Part shown: one piece after another, positions 29,826 through 46,712 of the stretch
Position numbering within the stretch: the first letter of the stretch is position 1
Layout: the number at the start of each line of letters is the position of its first letter
Assembly (NCBI RefSeq): GCF_009914755.1
Contig: NC_060931.1
Direction: 5' to 3' (one strand)
Length of the DNA stretch: 64,000 bases
Source of the DNA: the human T2T-CHM13v2.0 reference genome, Homo sapiens
The notes under the pieces: generated by a model
Told to the model about the DNA's origin: nothing
What the model saw: the letters and a program-made list of their open reading frames with translations, nothing else
Databases searched by the model: none
Position numbers and translations under genes: made by a program

Positions 29826-32154
29826 TCTTAGAAAGCCCTGAGTGGGTGGACCCAGCAGGGAAGGGAGACAGGACGGGGAGGGGCTGGCTCACTCCGAGCC
29901 TCAGTTTCCCCAGCTGTAAAGTGGGGAAGATAATGAGAGCTCCTGAAGGGCTGTCGGGCCTGAGTCACAGCTGTCATCAGCAGGACTGAGCTGAACCCTG
30001 AGAAGGCAGGCCCGACCCACAAGAGGGGGCTCAGACGGCTCTGGGACACCACACTCATCCTGGGGGAGGCTCACCTGTAGGAGCCCAGCACTGAGAGTGC
30101 AGTGAGGGCCACGGTGTGGTGTGGGGGGTCACGGACCCTCACGGCCCAGCCCAGGCTGTGTCTTGCTTCTGGATAGGGGCACGGTGGATGGGCAGGCTGC
30201 GCCGGGCTGATCCGCTGTGAACAGCGGTTTTGGAGATGGTACGTCTTGCAGAGGCATGGCAGGAACCAGCGCCTGGAGGTGCGAATGGCCCAGTCGGCTC
30301 AGGGGGACACAGCCTGGCGGGCCAGGGCCGGGAAGGCAGGTGGGCTGCTCCTGATGCCAGGCCGGAAGTCCACCTCAGCGGGGGATGGGGAAGCCCCTTG
30401 GAGTTCATTCTTAGTGAGGAGGGGTTTTCCGGTTGCCCCACGGGCCTGTGGTCTGTCTCCGCCTCTCTTCATGACTGGGGCATCCTGGAGCAGGCAGAGG
30501 GAAGGGCAGGAAGGCTGGGGGCACGTGGCTGGCATAGCTCGGGTGGTAGTCGCAGGAGCCCATGGGCCCCCCTGGGTGGAGGAGGGAGCCCTGCCCTTGT
30601 GGCTTCGGCCCTGGTGGGACCTGGATGGGAGGGTTGGTCCAGAGCCCAAGAACACGGCCAGGGAGTGGGGTGGGGTGGTGCTGTGTGGCTTTTGGTGTTA
30701 AGGAAGGGGAGGAAAGGTTGGGCTGGACCAAGACAGAGATGGAAACAGAGACAGAGACAGAGATAGGGAGAGACGCAGAGATTCCCCCAGGGTGAGAGAT
30801 CAAAGGTGTCCCACGCAGAGACCCAACCAGGATGCCTCCAGCTCTGTGACCCACACCTGCACCTCACAGCCCAGAGGGTGTCACTGGGGTCCCCAGCCCA
30901 GGAAGGCAGGACTCCTCACGCCCCCAACCTTCCATCCTGGAGTCCCCTGACTCCAGCGCTGAGACCCACGGCGTCCCCACCGCCCACTGCCGAGGAGAAC
31001 GCCCTCCCTGTGGACCTGCGGCCGGCGGGCAGCCCCACTGGGGTTGGAGGAAGCTGCGAGGTTGTCACTGGGCCTAATCCTGACTTGGTTGCTGTCTGGA
31101 TGTGTGGCCCTGAGTGTGTCAGCCGCCCTGAGCCTCAGTTTCCCCCACGCTATGACGATAAGGACACCCGGCCATGCCTGGCACATGAGGGAAGCCTTCA
31201 CCCCAAGCTCTGGCCCTGGGCTCTGAGGTCCTCCTGTCCCCTGCACCCCAGCCGGTCCCCTTAGAGCAGGGGCATCCTGAGATCCCAGGGCCAGGCCCCC
31301 ACCCACCTCCAGCCCGTTCCGGCCTCTGCCCACTTGGCTCATAAACCCCTGAGCTTTGATCTTCGATCATTCTGTCCCAGCCGGAAGAGACAGGGGCTAC
31401 TCCCAGGCCCAGCCACTGGCCCGGGGCCGGGCAGGCCCTCTCGGTCCCCAGCTTCCCCACCCTGCTGCCTCCATTAACCTCTGCACTCAGGGCCGGAAGG
31501 GGCGGCTTCCGTTCCAGCCATTCCCACGGCAGGGATGCCACCCTCAGCCCATGTGCGGGGCCCTGTGGGAGAACCCGGGGGCCAGCCTGGGAGAAAGACC
31601 CCTGTGGGGAGGGCAGGAGACAGCCCTGAGTCCCGGGCACCACCTGACCGTCCCACCCCCAGTGGCCATCCTGAACAGGAGTCCAGGGGCCTTGGGTCTC
31701 CAAAGACCCAGGCCGGCAGTTCTGCCTCAGAGGGGCCCAGAGCCCCAGCCCCTCCTTTTCACCGGAGTCAGGGGGCTGCCATCCCCAGGAGGGACAATTC
31801 TCTGTTCCATGGGATCCCCTCTGTGGGTGTCGTGGGAGAGACTGAGGCAGAGCCACTTTTCCACCCAAGGCTGCCCTACTTGTGCCCCTACTGCACCTTC
31901 CAGGCTCTGAACGCATGCCCCAGCGTAGCTCCTATCCCATGCTGGCCGGGGGCAGCATCTCTTCTACAGCTGTGATGCCTCCTTGGACGGGGGACTCACC
32001 ACCCGGAATTGCGAGAGAGCTCCTCCGACCTCAGCCTGCCTCTCAGCCCCACCCTCTTCTCCCTGGTTCATGTCTCCATCCCCCTCCTGCCGGCTCCTGG
32101 GACCCCACGGTGAGGCCCTGGGCCGTGCCTTCTGCACCTTCCCTTCCTCCAAGG

Positions 32155-32462
32155 TTTTGTTTTGTTGTTGTTTTTTTTTTGATACGGAGTCTCACTCTGT
32201 CTCCCAGGCTGGAATACAGTGGCACAGTCTCGGCTGACCGCACTCTCCACCTTCCAGGTTCAAGCAATTCTCCTGCCTCAGCCTCCTGAGTAGTTGGAAT
32301 TACAGGCACCTGCCACCACGCCTGGCTGTTTTTTGTGTTTTTAGTAGAGACAGGGTTTCGCCATGTTGGCCAGGCTGGTCTCGAACTCCCGACCTCAGGC
32401 CATCCACCTGCCCTGGTCTCCCAAAGTGCTGGGATTACAGGCGTGAGCCACCACACCCGGCC
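32155..32462 (-). mobile_element. AluS
   Basis: Full antisense dimer. Confidence 0.92.
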
Positions 32463-33499
32463 CTTGCGAGGTTCTTCCACTGATCACAAGCACTGGGTCA
32501 CACCCTGTCAGAGGCATGGGGCTCCCTTACACTTGGGACAGCAGGGAAGAGGGTGAGGCTGGCCCCGCCTGGCCCTGGGCACACACTGCCCACCGGGACC
32601 CCAGACCAACTCTCACCGGGGCAGGAGGTTCCAGCCTGTGCCCTGCACCCTGCTGTGTAACCTGGGCACCCATGAAGGCAGCCTCTCCCTGGTTGTCCAG
32701 GCACTCAGCCCCTGTGTATGACGGGGTCCATGATTCGTGGGCACCAGGCACAGTGAGGACTGGATAATCGGGGCCCACCCTCAGGCCTGGAGGCTGCGAG
32801 CCCCTGTGCAGGGTCATCGCCGGCGCGGGAAGAGCCCAAGGGAACAGGTGCAATGGGAACCCAAAGGCTGGTATCTCGGGGAAATCTGAAGTGAGCCCAG
32901 GAAGGTGGCCGAGGCTCAGAGCCGGGGCAGGAACCCGTGCAGGGGTAGAGAAGGAGGCAGGGACAGCTGGACCAGGACTGGAGGCAGGACAGAAGTCTGT
33001 GCATGGGAATTGGGGCGGGGGACACAGGAAGGTGGGGTGGGGGCTTCCAGCAGGGGAGATTTCTCAGCTTCCCCAGGAGGGAAGGAGAAGAGGGAGCCGG
33101 GCCTCCCGATTCTTCCCCCAACCTCCTGCCTCTGCGTGCAGGCAGGGCTGCCCCAGCTGGAGTCTCCAGCACAAGGTGAACCTGCTGCTGAGCCCCTGCC
33201 CTCCCTGCAGACCTTGCGGGGAGCTGGGCTCCCGGCTGGCTGTGCCCTTGCTGTGTGACGGTGGGCAAGGGCCTGCCCTCTCTGTGCTCCTGCCCCGTCT
33301 GGTTCTGTGAGCTCCATGGGAACAGGGCTACCACCCACCAACCCACTGCAATGCAGATAGAGGCTGGGACTCGGGGAGGCTCCGCCATGGCCCTAAGCGG
33401 GGGTCCTGCTGGCCTGCAGACTCTGCCTCCCAGAGCCCCTCACCCCGCCCCCACCCACCATCAGCTCCGTCTGGAATCGACACACTTCCTTCTGAGAAG

Positions 33500-33855
33500 T
33501 GATGCATGGCTTCCCCGTCAGATTTACAAATAACTTCAAATTTTACCGTTTTCTTTCCCTAATGAATTCTCTGAAGCGTGTTCCAGGCTCCCCGGTAATG
33601 AGCAGGATGCAGAGGCCTCCGTGCAGCTCTGTCTCCCGGCCTGCCTCGGCGAGGCCCTGCTGAATTAGCCCAGCCCCTCCCGGCGCGCAGCCCGGGTGCA
33701 CCCTCGTTTAGTGCCCTTGGTGGGAATCCATTGTATTGACAATCTCCACTGGTGTAATTCCTGCATTAGGATTTTGTGCTAAACTGTGTTTTAAAAGCGC
33801 TCTGACCCCGATTACCTCTTTAATTGCACTTAAAAATCCAGATTAATTCAGAGGC
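33500..33855. promoter_or_regulatory. AT-rich island with homeodomain and SOX-type motifs
   Basis: TAATGA x2, CATTGTATTGACAAT, TTTAATTG, GATTAATTCA. Confidence 0.5.
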
Positions 33856-34099
33856 GAAGTCAGCCACGCTGGGAAGGGGGCCTTGCTGGGCCCACACCAT
33901 GGATGGTTCCCCGGTTTCTGGAGATGGCCGGTTCCCCAGGGTGGTCTCTCTGCACCGCCTCGAACTCTCAGGAAGCCTCGCTTGGAGCTGCCGGGAAAAC
34001 CTCTAGCTCTGGGAGACCTGGAAAAGAATAAGAGCGTCTCAGGAGCGCTGAGCTGGTGCTGGCTTCGCGAGCCACGCCACGAAGCCAGGTAAACACAAT

Positions 34100-34200
34100 T
34101 GCTGCTATTCTCATTTTATAGGTGGGAAAGTTGAGGCCCAAGACTATCTCCAGCCCCGAGATCAGCAAGTGGGTGGGTGGAGCTGGGGCAGCTGTGGCTG
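34100..34200 (-). mobile_element. Diverged MIR (donor of the segment at 36290-36342)
   Basis: ctcattttataggtgggaaagttgaggccca...agcaagtgg...agctgggg. Confidence 0.65.
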
Positions 34201-34967
34201 AGCCTGCTGGGCCCCCAGAAGAGGCTGGGTAGGGCTTTCCGTGGCCTCTGGTCCTTCCTGCCATTCTTGGACCCCAAAGGGGCTCCAGGGTCCTCCAGTC
34301 CCACTCTCCCATGTTACAGGTGGGGAGACTGAGACCCACCAGCCACGGCTGTCACTGGGCCCATGGAGAGGTGGTACGCCGGCCGAGGCCAGCTGGGGAG
34401 GCCTGTCTCCGTGATAAACACCTGCCCCTCATCCTGCATGCTGGCTGTCCACGGAATGAGTGGGGACCTGGGGGCCGACCAGGCTGGTCCCAGCCCTGGC
34501 TCCTCTCCTGACTGCCTTGGACGAGCCCCCTCCCCTCTTTGAGCCTCAGTTTCTCCATCTGAACAATGGAATCCTGATCCTGAGCTTGCAGGTCTGTTGG
34601 GAGACGCGGATACAGCACCTGGTGGTCTGTGCGTGGCATCAGGGGACTCGGGGGCCACTGCCCTGGCTGTGATTCCTGCCCCATTCTGCCCAGCCCCGGG
34701 CGGGGGTCAGTGAGGTGCTCCAAGCCCTTGGGGTTATCACGAGGCGTCCGGCCCTACAGCACAACAGATGTTTTTTTTCCTTTCACCTTCACCTCGTTTG
34801 GAGACAATAATACTTCTACGAACATGTGTGCACAGGCTTTTATGTGGATGTGTGTCTTTATTTTTTTCTTTTTATAATAAGAAGTATTATTTTTAATCAA
34901 AACAGAGCTGGAGTAATGTCTTCGTTTTTCCTGGGTAGATACGTGGGAGTGAGATCGTTGGGTCTTA

Positions 34968-35610
<643 letters not shown>

Positions 35611-36198
35611 AACTCCCAAACTGTTTGTCAAAGTGGATGCAACCTTTTTCCCTGCCTACCAGCAGTGTGCTGGAGTTCTGACTTTCCAATTTCTCCTCCT
35701 CACCAATACTTGTCAATATCTGTCTGCTTTATTTTAACCGTCCTAGTGGGTATGAGGGGCCATCTCATTTTAATTTGTGTTTTCGTGATGGCTGATGGTG
35801 AGTATCTTCCTGTGCTTATTGGCCATTTTTATATCATCTTTGGAGAAGTGTCTCCTCAAATCCTTTGCTTATTTCAAAAATCGGGCTATGTGTTTCTTTG
35901 TTATTGAGTTACAATAGTTCTTTATATATTTTAGACATAAGTGTCTTATCAGAAATACGTTTTGCAAAAATGTTCTCCCATTTTGCAGGTGGTTTTTTTC
36001 ACTTTCTTGATGATGTCCTTTGAAGCACAAAGCCTTCTAATTTTGATGAAGTCCAGTGTATCTCTGTTTTTCTTTTTTCTCTCGTGACTTTCATATCATA
36101 TCTAGGAAGGCTTGGTCTAACCCAAGATCACAAAGATTTACTCCTGTGTTTTGTTTTCAGAGCTTTATAGCTTCAGCTCTTACGTTTAGGTCTGTGAT

Positions 36199-36745
<547 letters not shown>

Positions 36746-37829
36746 TGAACGAGTGTGTTTATTTCTGGTCTCTGAATTTTCTTTTATTCCCTTAATCTGC
36801 ATGCGTGTCTTTACCCCAGGACCACACTGTGTTCATTACTGCAGCTTTGTAGTAAGTTTTGAAATCTTAGTAGGGGGTGGGGGCGAGGGGCAGCTGAGGG
36901 AAAGGCCACAGCCGCTGGAGTCCCCTGGCCCTCAGTTGGGGCCACCCAAGCTGCCCGGCCACTGGAGGCTGGGAGGGGCCCATTCCTGGTGGTCTCGGGA
37001 CAGGCCTGGAGGCCCTCGGCTGTGGTGAGCCAAGATCTGCAGGGGGACTCGGGGCTGACCGAGCTGGCCCAGAGCAGATGGCGGCTCAGCGCCCAGGCTC
37101 AGGGCGTCCATCCTGCGTCCCATGAGCTATGGCTGCCGACCCCGATGGGTGCCGCGCTTTCCAGTTTGCTCCCTCCCGCGTCTCTGCTGACCATCCCCAC
37201 CTGTAGGTGAGCACACAGAGGCTTGGAAGGTACTGAGGGTTTGTCTCTGCCCTGCAAGTCACACAGGGGAGTCCCCAGTCCCCTGGGCAGCATACGGGCC
37301 TCCCACGGGATCCCAACCCACAGCTCCTGGAGAGTCCTTTAGGACAAGACCCTAATGCTGCCCCTGAGGCCTTTGGGGCCTCAAACTCCAAAGAGAGAAG
37401 AGGCCATTCCCTGAGCAGGGGAGCCGCTGCGGCCGGGCCTCCTGCCCTAACACGCACGCCCGACGTGCTGAGCCAGTGCAGCGGCCCCACAGGTGCAGGC
37501 CCCCGCCCCCAGCTCCACACCATGCCCCCAGTACAGGGCCAGGACCTCCCCAGGCTAAGCTCCCGCTGCGTCCCAGAGGGATGTAAACCCCAGAGGGCCC
37601 CAAAGGAGCCCACGTTTGCCCCAACCTGTACATTCTATGCTCAGGTTTATAACCAGAGCTTCCAAGAGGAATCTGGGCAGCCACCGCCCACCCTACCCCA
37701 CCCCTCCCTACATGGATAGCTACAGGCAGGGCCCAGGCCCCCATCACTCTCGGCCACCGGCACACAGGTCCAGGCCCTCGCCTTCTCCCAGGGCCCCCAA
37801 TGCCTCTGCCAGGAAGCCTCCCCCACAGG

Positions 37830-38714
<885 letters not shown>

Positions 38715-38833
38715 TTAAATGTGGGCCATGGAGCGGCCACCATCAACAAGACCTTGTCTTATTCTGCTCTAGTTGGTCACAAATGCAGAACCTCGGGCCC
38801 TGTCCCTGGCCAACTACACATTTTTAATTTTGC

Positions 38834-39135
38834 TTTTTTTTTTTTTTTTTTGAGACAGAGTCTCACTCTGTCACCCAAGCTGGAGTGCAGTGGTGTAATC
38901 TCAGCTCATTGCAACCCCTGCCTCCTGGGTTCAAGCGATTCACCTGCCTCAGCCTCCTGAGTAGCTGAGATTACAGGTGCCCGCCACCACACCCAGTTAA
39001 TTTTTGTATTTTTAGTAAAGACGGGGTTTCACCATGTTGGCCAGGCCGGTTTTGAACTTCTCACTCACCTCCAATGATCTGCCCGCCTCAGCCTCCCAAA
39101 GTGCTGGGATTACAGGCGTGAGCCACCTGTGTCCA
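38834..39135 (-). mobile_element. AluS
   Basis: Full antisense dimer. Confidence 0.92.
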
Positions 39136-40109
39136 AACCCTGGCTCGTTTCCTTGCAGGGCAATCTGTTTCCTCCTGTGTCTAAGCTTTGTCACCTGCGA
39201 CATGGAGGTGCCTGAGGCACAGGCCTGTCGGGGATCCTGTATGGCCATGGTGTTGGTGACAGTGCAGGCAGGGGCAGGTTCCCGGCGAGGCTCTCTGAGC
39301 CCAGGCCTCTGCAGCTCACCGGGCAAGTACGGTTTCTCCGCTGCCCTGTCCATAGGCGCCACGCCGACCCCAAATCATTTGCACCCAGCACCTCTGTTTG
39401 GTGAAGACGATTTTGCAAACAGCAACTAGTTTAGATATCTAGAATGTTTCCCCAAAGCCTAGCACCCTTCAATTCCACCCTTTAATCACAATGAATAAAG
39501 CTGCACAGGACGTTGACTTCAGTGACGCAGGCGCTGGGGTGCCATTCTGTGCAGAGATGTTAAGGAAAATGCTTGGGAAACGGTTATAGCAAAGCATCAG
39601 CTCCCTCACCCCTTGCTCAGCACTCTGTGTCCAGGCCTTGCAGGTGCTGAGGACGCCCCATACCCAGGACGGCCCACCATGCCCAGGGAGCTCCTCTGCT
39701 GATGCCCACTGAGCCGGGAAGCACTTCCGTGCATGGCCCAGCCAGGCGGGAGAGTGCATTTGCTTTCTAGACGGAAGCAGGCTCCTTGCTCACCATCCCA
39801 CGTTGCCCCTGGTTACCCTCCTCGCCCGGCCCTCTCCACAGTCCTCTGAGCAAGTGGGGGCCATCCCATTGCACGAATGGCCCAGAGCGGTGCATACTTT
39901 CCTGAGGCTGCCCAGACTGTGAGGGGTCAGGGGCACAGGGCTTCTGTCTCCAAGCTGCCTTGGGGCTGCTCCCAAGGGTGGGTCTGGCCCTGTCGGCCCC
40001 GCAGGCCCGCCTATCCCCACCCCCTGCTCACCTGCCCTGCACCTGCCGCCCCTCCCCTCGGGGCTGCCCCCGTCCCGGTCTTCGGCATCCAGCCTGGGAA
40101 GAGCCACCC

Positions 40110-40245
40110 AGCTATTTACCATGGACTCATTTAAGTTGGTTAATTTTTAATAATGTTGAAATTTCCATGTGAATAATTCAGGTAAATTATTTATTAAAGC
40201 GCAGGATAAAGGGACCAGGACAATTACCAGCTGACAGTGTTAGCT
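40110..40245. promoter_or_regulatory. Very AT-rich homeodomain/FOX/MEIS-motif island
   Basis: GGTTAATTTTTAATAAT, GTAAATTATTTATTAAA, CAATTA, CAGCTGACAG. Confidence 0.55.
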
Positions 40246-41099
40246 GCGGCATGGTGAGGTGGGTGAGGTGGGCGCGGTGCAGGCGGGAGGGAAGGCCTGC
40301 GGATGGGCGGTGTCACACTGACCCTCACCCTGGACACCAGGCCTAGGAGGGCTTGGCAGGGATGCCCTCCAAACCCTCTTCTCCCTCCACGGCCCCACTA
40401 ACAGCCTGGCCACCTGACCCTGCAGCCAGATGGCCCCTGGCTCCCTCCTGAGCTCCATGCACCCACCTCCAGCCGCTTCCCTTACACCCCTGCGGCCCCT
40501 CTGGCATGAGGGAAGCCTGGAATCCGTCTGCCGAGGCCGGAGGGAAGTTTTCTATGCACCAATCTCATTCCGTCAGCCCGAGTCAGCCCCATGGCAGTGA
40601 CTGACCATTGCACTTAGATAGGACACCCTGGACCCTGCGAGGCTCCTGGGGCCTGGCCAGCCTCGCTCCCCACTGCAGCCCGTGGCAGCCACTGGCTCCT
40701 CTGTGACCCTGCATGGCTGTTCCTCCTGCTGGCACAACGCTCCCTGAAGCCTCGCCCGCCCCGCCCACCATTCCAGCAGGAAGGGGCGGCAGCCACACCA
40801 GTCTGGGCGGTGTCCTCTGCATGTCAGCCAGCCCCTATGGGGTTCTGTGAGTTTGGCCCGACAGGCAGGGCAGGGGCTGCCCCAGAAGGGCCCCTCGACA
40901 TCGGGAGCTGCCCCTCTGCTGCCCCCTGCCCAGCTGGACAGTCACCTCCACCCTCCCAGGGACTCCTGGCCAGCGCCCAAGAGCCCCCAACTCTGCTCTT
41001 TCCACACCCCTTACCCCACCAAGGCACCCAGGCCTGACGCCTCCTCTCTGTGGTCACCTGGGTCACCGTTCACGCCATCTCCTTGCTGCCTCCCGCCTT

Positions 41100-41896
<797 letters not shown>

Positions 41897-41912
<16 letters not shown>

Positions 41913-42682
41913 GTAAATCTTCAGCGCACAGTAAGCATAGCTTCAGCTTCAGTTCAGGACAATCGTGTCAGCAACACATAGTAGGTGTGCAGCACACAGT
42001 AGGTAAATCCTCAGCACACACTAGATAAATCTTTAGCACACAGTAGGTCAATCCTCAGCACATAGTAGGTAAATCCTCAGCACACAGTAGGTAAATCCTC
42101 AGCACACAGTAGATAAATCTTCAGCGCACAGTAGGTGAATCCTCAGCACATAGTAGGTAAATCCTCAGCACACAGTAGGTAAATCCTCAGCACACACTAG
42201 ATAAATCTTTAGCGCACAGTAGGTAAATCCTCAGCACATAGTAGGTAAATCCTCAGCACACAGTAGGTAAATCCTCAGCACACACTAGATAAATCTTTAG
42301 CGCACAGTAGGTAAATCCTCAGCACATAGTGGGTAAATCCTCAGCACACAGTAGGTAAATCCTCAGCACATAATAGGTAAATCCTCAGCACACAGTAGGT
42401 AAATCCTCAGCACACAGTAGACAAATCTTTAGCGCACAGTAGGCATTTCCTCAGCACACAGTAGATAAATCTTTAGTGCACAGTAGGTAAATCCTCAGCA
42501 CACAGTAGGTAAATCCTCAGCACACACTAGATAAATCTTTAGCGCACAGTAGGTAAATCCTCAGCACACAGTAGATAAATCTTTAGCGCACAGTAGGTAA
42601 ATCCTCAGCACACGACAATTGTGTCATCAACACATAACAGGCGTGCAGCACACAGTAGGCATTTCCTCAGCACACAGTAGGT
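41897..42682. repeat. 22-bp minisatellite CCTCAGCACACAGTAGGTAAAT (about 30 units)
   Basis: Period 22 (for example 42075 to 42097); four recurring unit variants. Confidence 0.96.
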
Positions 42683-43509
42683 ATGCAGTGCCTGCAGGAA
42701 TGGAGCCCTGGAGGTCTACTGGACGGGGCAGCACTGCAGCTGGGAGTGGAGGAACCTGAAGGAGCAGACTGGGGGGCCCCACGAGGGGCCACGGGACACC
42801 CAGGGAGGGTGGGGAGCTGCTTAGAAGAGGTTGGAGCCCAGGGAGGGCCTGGGTGGGACTGTCACGGGGCGAGTGGAGAGATGGGCTGTGGGCCGAGACC
42901 CAAGGCTATAAACTGGGAGGGGCCGTGAGCCCGCCCACGGGGAGCAGCGATCCACAGCCGCCTCTGTGGAGCCCGATGTGTCTCAGCCCTTCCTCCCCTA
43001 CGGGCCTCTCCATTTGCCGCCTCACACGTCTGCAACACCTTCTCTCGGAGGCCTCATAGGAACCCGGGTGGGAGACTGGGTTCTCCCCATTTTCCAGATG
43101 AGGACGCTGAGGCCCCAGGCGGCACATGGAGCCAGGGCTCATGCCCAGGTGTGTGCAACCCCAAAGTCCTTACAACCCGGCCCCACACTCCCTCACAGGC
43201 AGAGGCAGAAGTACCCCAGAGCCTCCTGCAGCCTCTTCCTGAGCCTGGGAGGAAACTGAGGCAGAGCCGGGCAGTCCCTGCTGTGACCCCATACGGAGCA
43301 TCTCCCCAGAGGCTGGTTTTGCCCGAGGCCAGGAATCCCAGACACAGACCCCCAACCCACGACTTGGGCGCTGACCTTCCCAGGTGGTCACATGAACAGG
43401 TGCTCTCTTTTATGAAAACTCAATGCGTGTGGCCCCAGCCCCTCCCACCCACCCCAAAGCCGTCGGCCTCCTGCGACAGCGGCGCCCTGACTGCCTCCTC
43501 CGGCCACGG

Positions 43510-43590
43510 CCCCTCCTGCTTTAATTACCAGCATCTAGGGCAGCCGGCACGCCAGGCGGCTTCGCACTAATTAAAGTGGGGGCTTTACAG
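43510..43590. promoter_or_regulatory. Small homeodomain-motif island
   Basis: TTAATTAC 43521 and CTAATTAA 43567 in CpG-containing unique DNA. Confidence 0.4.
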
Positions 43591-44266
43591 GATGGCGCCG
43601 TCCCCCCAGGCCCGGGAGACCTCACAGCGCCAGTGACCCACAGGCCAGATCATTCCCGAGTTAAACAGGCAGAGACCAGGCCTGGAGCCTGCAGCCAGGT
43701 AGGTGATGGGTGGAGGGGGGGTGCTGGGAGCCGAGGCTCAACCCCACCCTCTGCTTCTCTGCCCTGCAGCCTTGAGACAGTGACTCCACCCCCCTGTGCC
43801 TCAGTTTCCTCCCCCGTCCTGTGGAGAACACCTGGGCACTCTCAGGATTCATCCATTGCTTAGACAAACACCACAGTAGCGAACATTGCTGAGCCCTCTG
43901 ACCACTCTGTGTCCCCACCTTGCAGGAAAATGGTGGATTCCTGGGGCAGGAGGAGGCAGTAGGGGTTCCCAGAGGGGCAGGAGGGGTTCCCAGAGGGGTG
44001 GGGGTCCCTGGCTGCAGTGCCTGGGTGGGCAGCCCTCTTGGGCCCCCTTTATGTGGTTCTGACCTCACTGATCAAACCCTGAGCCCAGGCCGACGACACG
44101 GACCCTGAAGGTCCCCAGGGCCCCTCCCTGAGCCTGCAGGCACATCCCTGCCCCACCAAAGCTCAAACCCACCTCTCCTGGAAATCCCCACCGCATGTGC
44201 TCTCCCGGGAGCTGCAGAGCTGAGGGGAGAAGTCCGCTGTGACATCCACTGTGAAGTCCGCCGTGA

Positions 44267-44872
<606 letters not shown>

Positions 44873-45154
44873 TAGAAAAACACCCCGAGAAGAGCTGATC
44901 TGTGGGTGTGGGGCCCACCAGGAGGGAGGTGGGGAGACTGAGGCAGCACAGGGTGGGTGAGGACCAGCCCCTTGGGGGCCTCCTCTCCTAGGGATTGTAG
45001 CCTCCCCACCTGGCCCCAGGACATGACTGGCTACTTCTGAGAAGACCCTCAGCCCATTCCAAGCCTCTCTGCCTCTGCTGAGCCCCAGGGGCTCCCCACG
45101 AACCCCCTCTCCTCTGCTGGTCCATCAGATGGCTACGGAGCACTGTTTAAGGAT

Positions 45155-45362
45155 GTACAGACGCCCCACACCCCAGGTCCAGATGCCCCATGTCCCGGGT
45201 ACAGACACCTCACGCCCGGGGTCCAGATGCCCCATGTCCCAGGTACAGATGCCCCACATCCTAGGTACAGATGCCCCACGCCCCGGGTCCAGACGCCCCA
45301 CGTCATAGGTCCAGACGCCCCACACCCTGGGTCCAGACGCCCCACATCCCGGGTCCAGACAC
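45155..45362. repeat. 22-bp minisatellite CAGAYGCCCCAC.YCCY.GGT(A/C), about 9.3 units
   Basis: Units parsed at exactly 22-bp spacing from 45158. Confidence 0.92.
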
Positions 45363-46395
45363 TCTAATGGCCTGTTGCTCACTCCCAAAGGTGTGCATGA
45401 AGGGTCTGCATCTGTGTTGGAGGCTGGGGTCAGTGCTGGGGGCGGTGGGCACTCAGTGCAGCCCAGCCAACCTGACTCTGCTCCACGAAGTCATCCAGGA
45501 CCCAGGATCCTCCCCACCATCGCTCTGAATCGTCTACAGCCTCAGTCCAGCTGAGGGGAGAGGACGGAGACCTCCCGGAAGGTGGCACAGGACACCACGG
45601 TGAACATGGCCTCAGCCCTGCACCTGCTGGGTGAGTGGGGAGGCTGCAGCAGGAAGGCCCTGAACCAGGAAGTTGGGGAGAATGCAGGTTCCCCTGGGGC
45701 ACCCCCCATCAAAGGGCAGAGAGCTGGGGCCAGGCCAGAGCCACCCTCACCGGGCCGCCCAAGGGCTCAGCGGCACCGCTGTGAAGTGGGCATGGGCCCA
45801 ACCCCTCTGGGAGCAGCGGGGATTCTGGGGCCCTGCCTCTGAGGGTTGCACTGGGGCCCCACGAGAGAAGGCTCGCAGGGAACCTGGGCAGGCCACCTGG
45901 GAGGCTGGGGCCAGGCTTCCTGGACCCCACCCCAGCTTCACCACTTACTGGCCTTGGGCAGCTGCCTGGCCCCTCTGAGCCTATCACTGTCCCCATCTGT
46001 CAAATGGGATAATAATGATTGCAAAGTGCTGGAAATCGGAATTATTGATACAACAGGGCCACAGTCTCACCCTGGCACTGGTTCATGTTGATTTCTGGCT
46101 ACGGGAAGGCCTGCACAGGTGCCCTGGAAGTGCTGGGTGCCTGCAGAGGGCCCCGGCCCCCTGGGACAGAGCTGGACTGCAGGTCCCCATGAGGCCATTT
46201 CCAGGGAGAGGGGCCCAGCTTGTCCCTAGGTGTAGTGTCCATGGAGACAAAGAGGATCCACTGCCCCCAGTCTGGGGGTCACGGTGACCTGGGGCCCCAG
46301 GAGGGAGCCTGAGGGGGGCAGGAGCTTCCCAAGATCCAGCCTCAAAGGCTGAGTCCCTCAGATAATAATAATAAGATTATTAAAAATAATCATCA

Positions 46396-46712
46396 GGCTG
46401 GGTATGGCAGCTCACGCCTGTAGTCCCAGCACTTTGGGAGGCTGAGGAGAGAGCACCATTCGAGCCCCAGAGTTCAAGACCAGGCTGGACAACACAGCAA
46501 GATCCCATTTCTATATAATAAAATAAAATTTGCCAGGCGTGGTGGCGCCTGCCTGTCGTCCCAGCGGCTCGGGAGGCTGAGGCGGCAGGATCGGCAGAAT
46601 TGCTTGAGCCCAGGAATTGGAGGCTGCAGAGGACCATGATCACGTCATTGCATTGCAGCCTGGGTGACAGAGCAAGACCCCAACTCTGAAACACAAATAA
46701 ACACTTCTAAAA
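46396..46712 (+). mobile_element. AluJ
   Basis: Diverged full dimer. Confidence 0.88.

Noticed and set aside
42907-42912. TATAAA in a GC-rich context
   Set aside because: Isolated hexamer followed by MIR fragments, with no supporting exon structure.
43961-44000. Other small two- or three-copy duplications (also about 26668-26735, 44229-44266, 57796-57846)
   Set aside because: Ordinary slippage products with no further structure.
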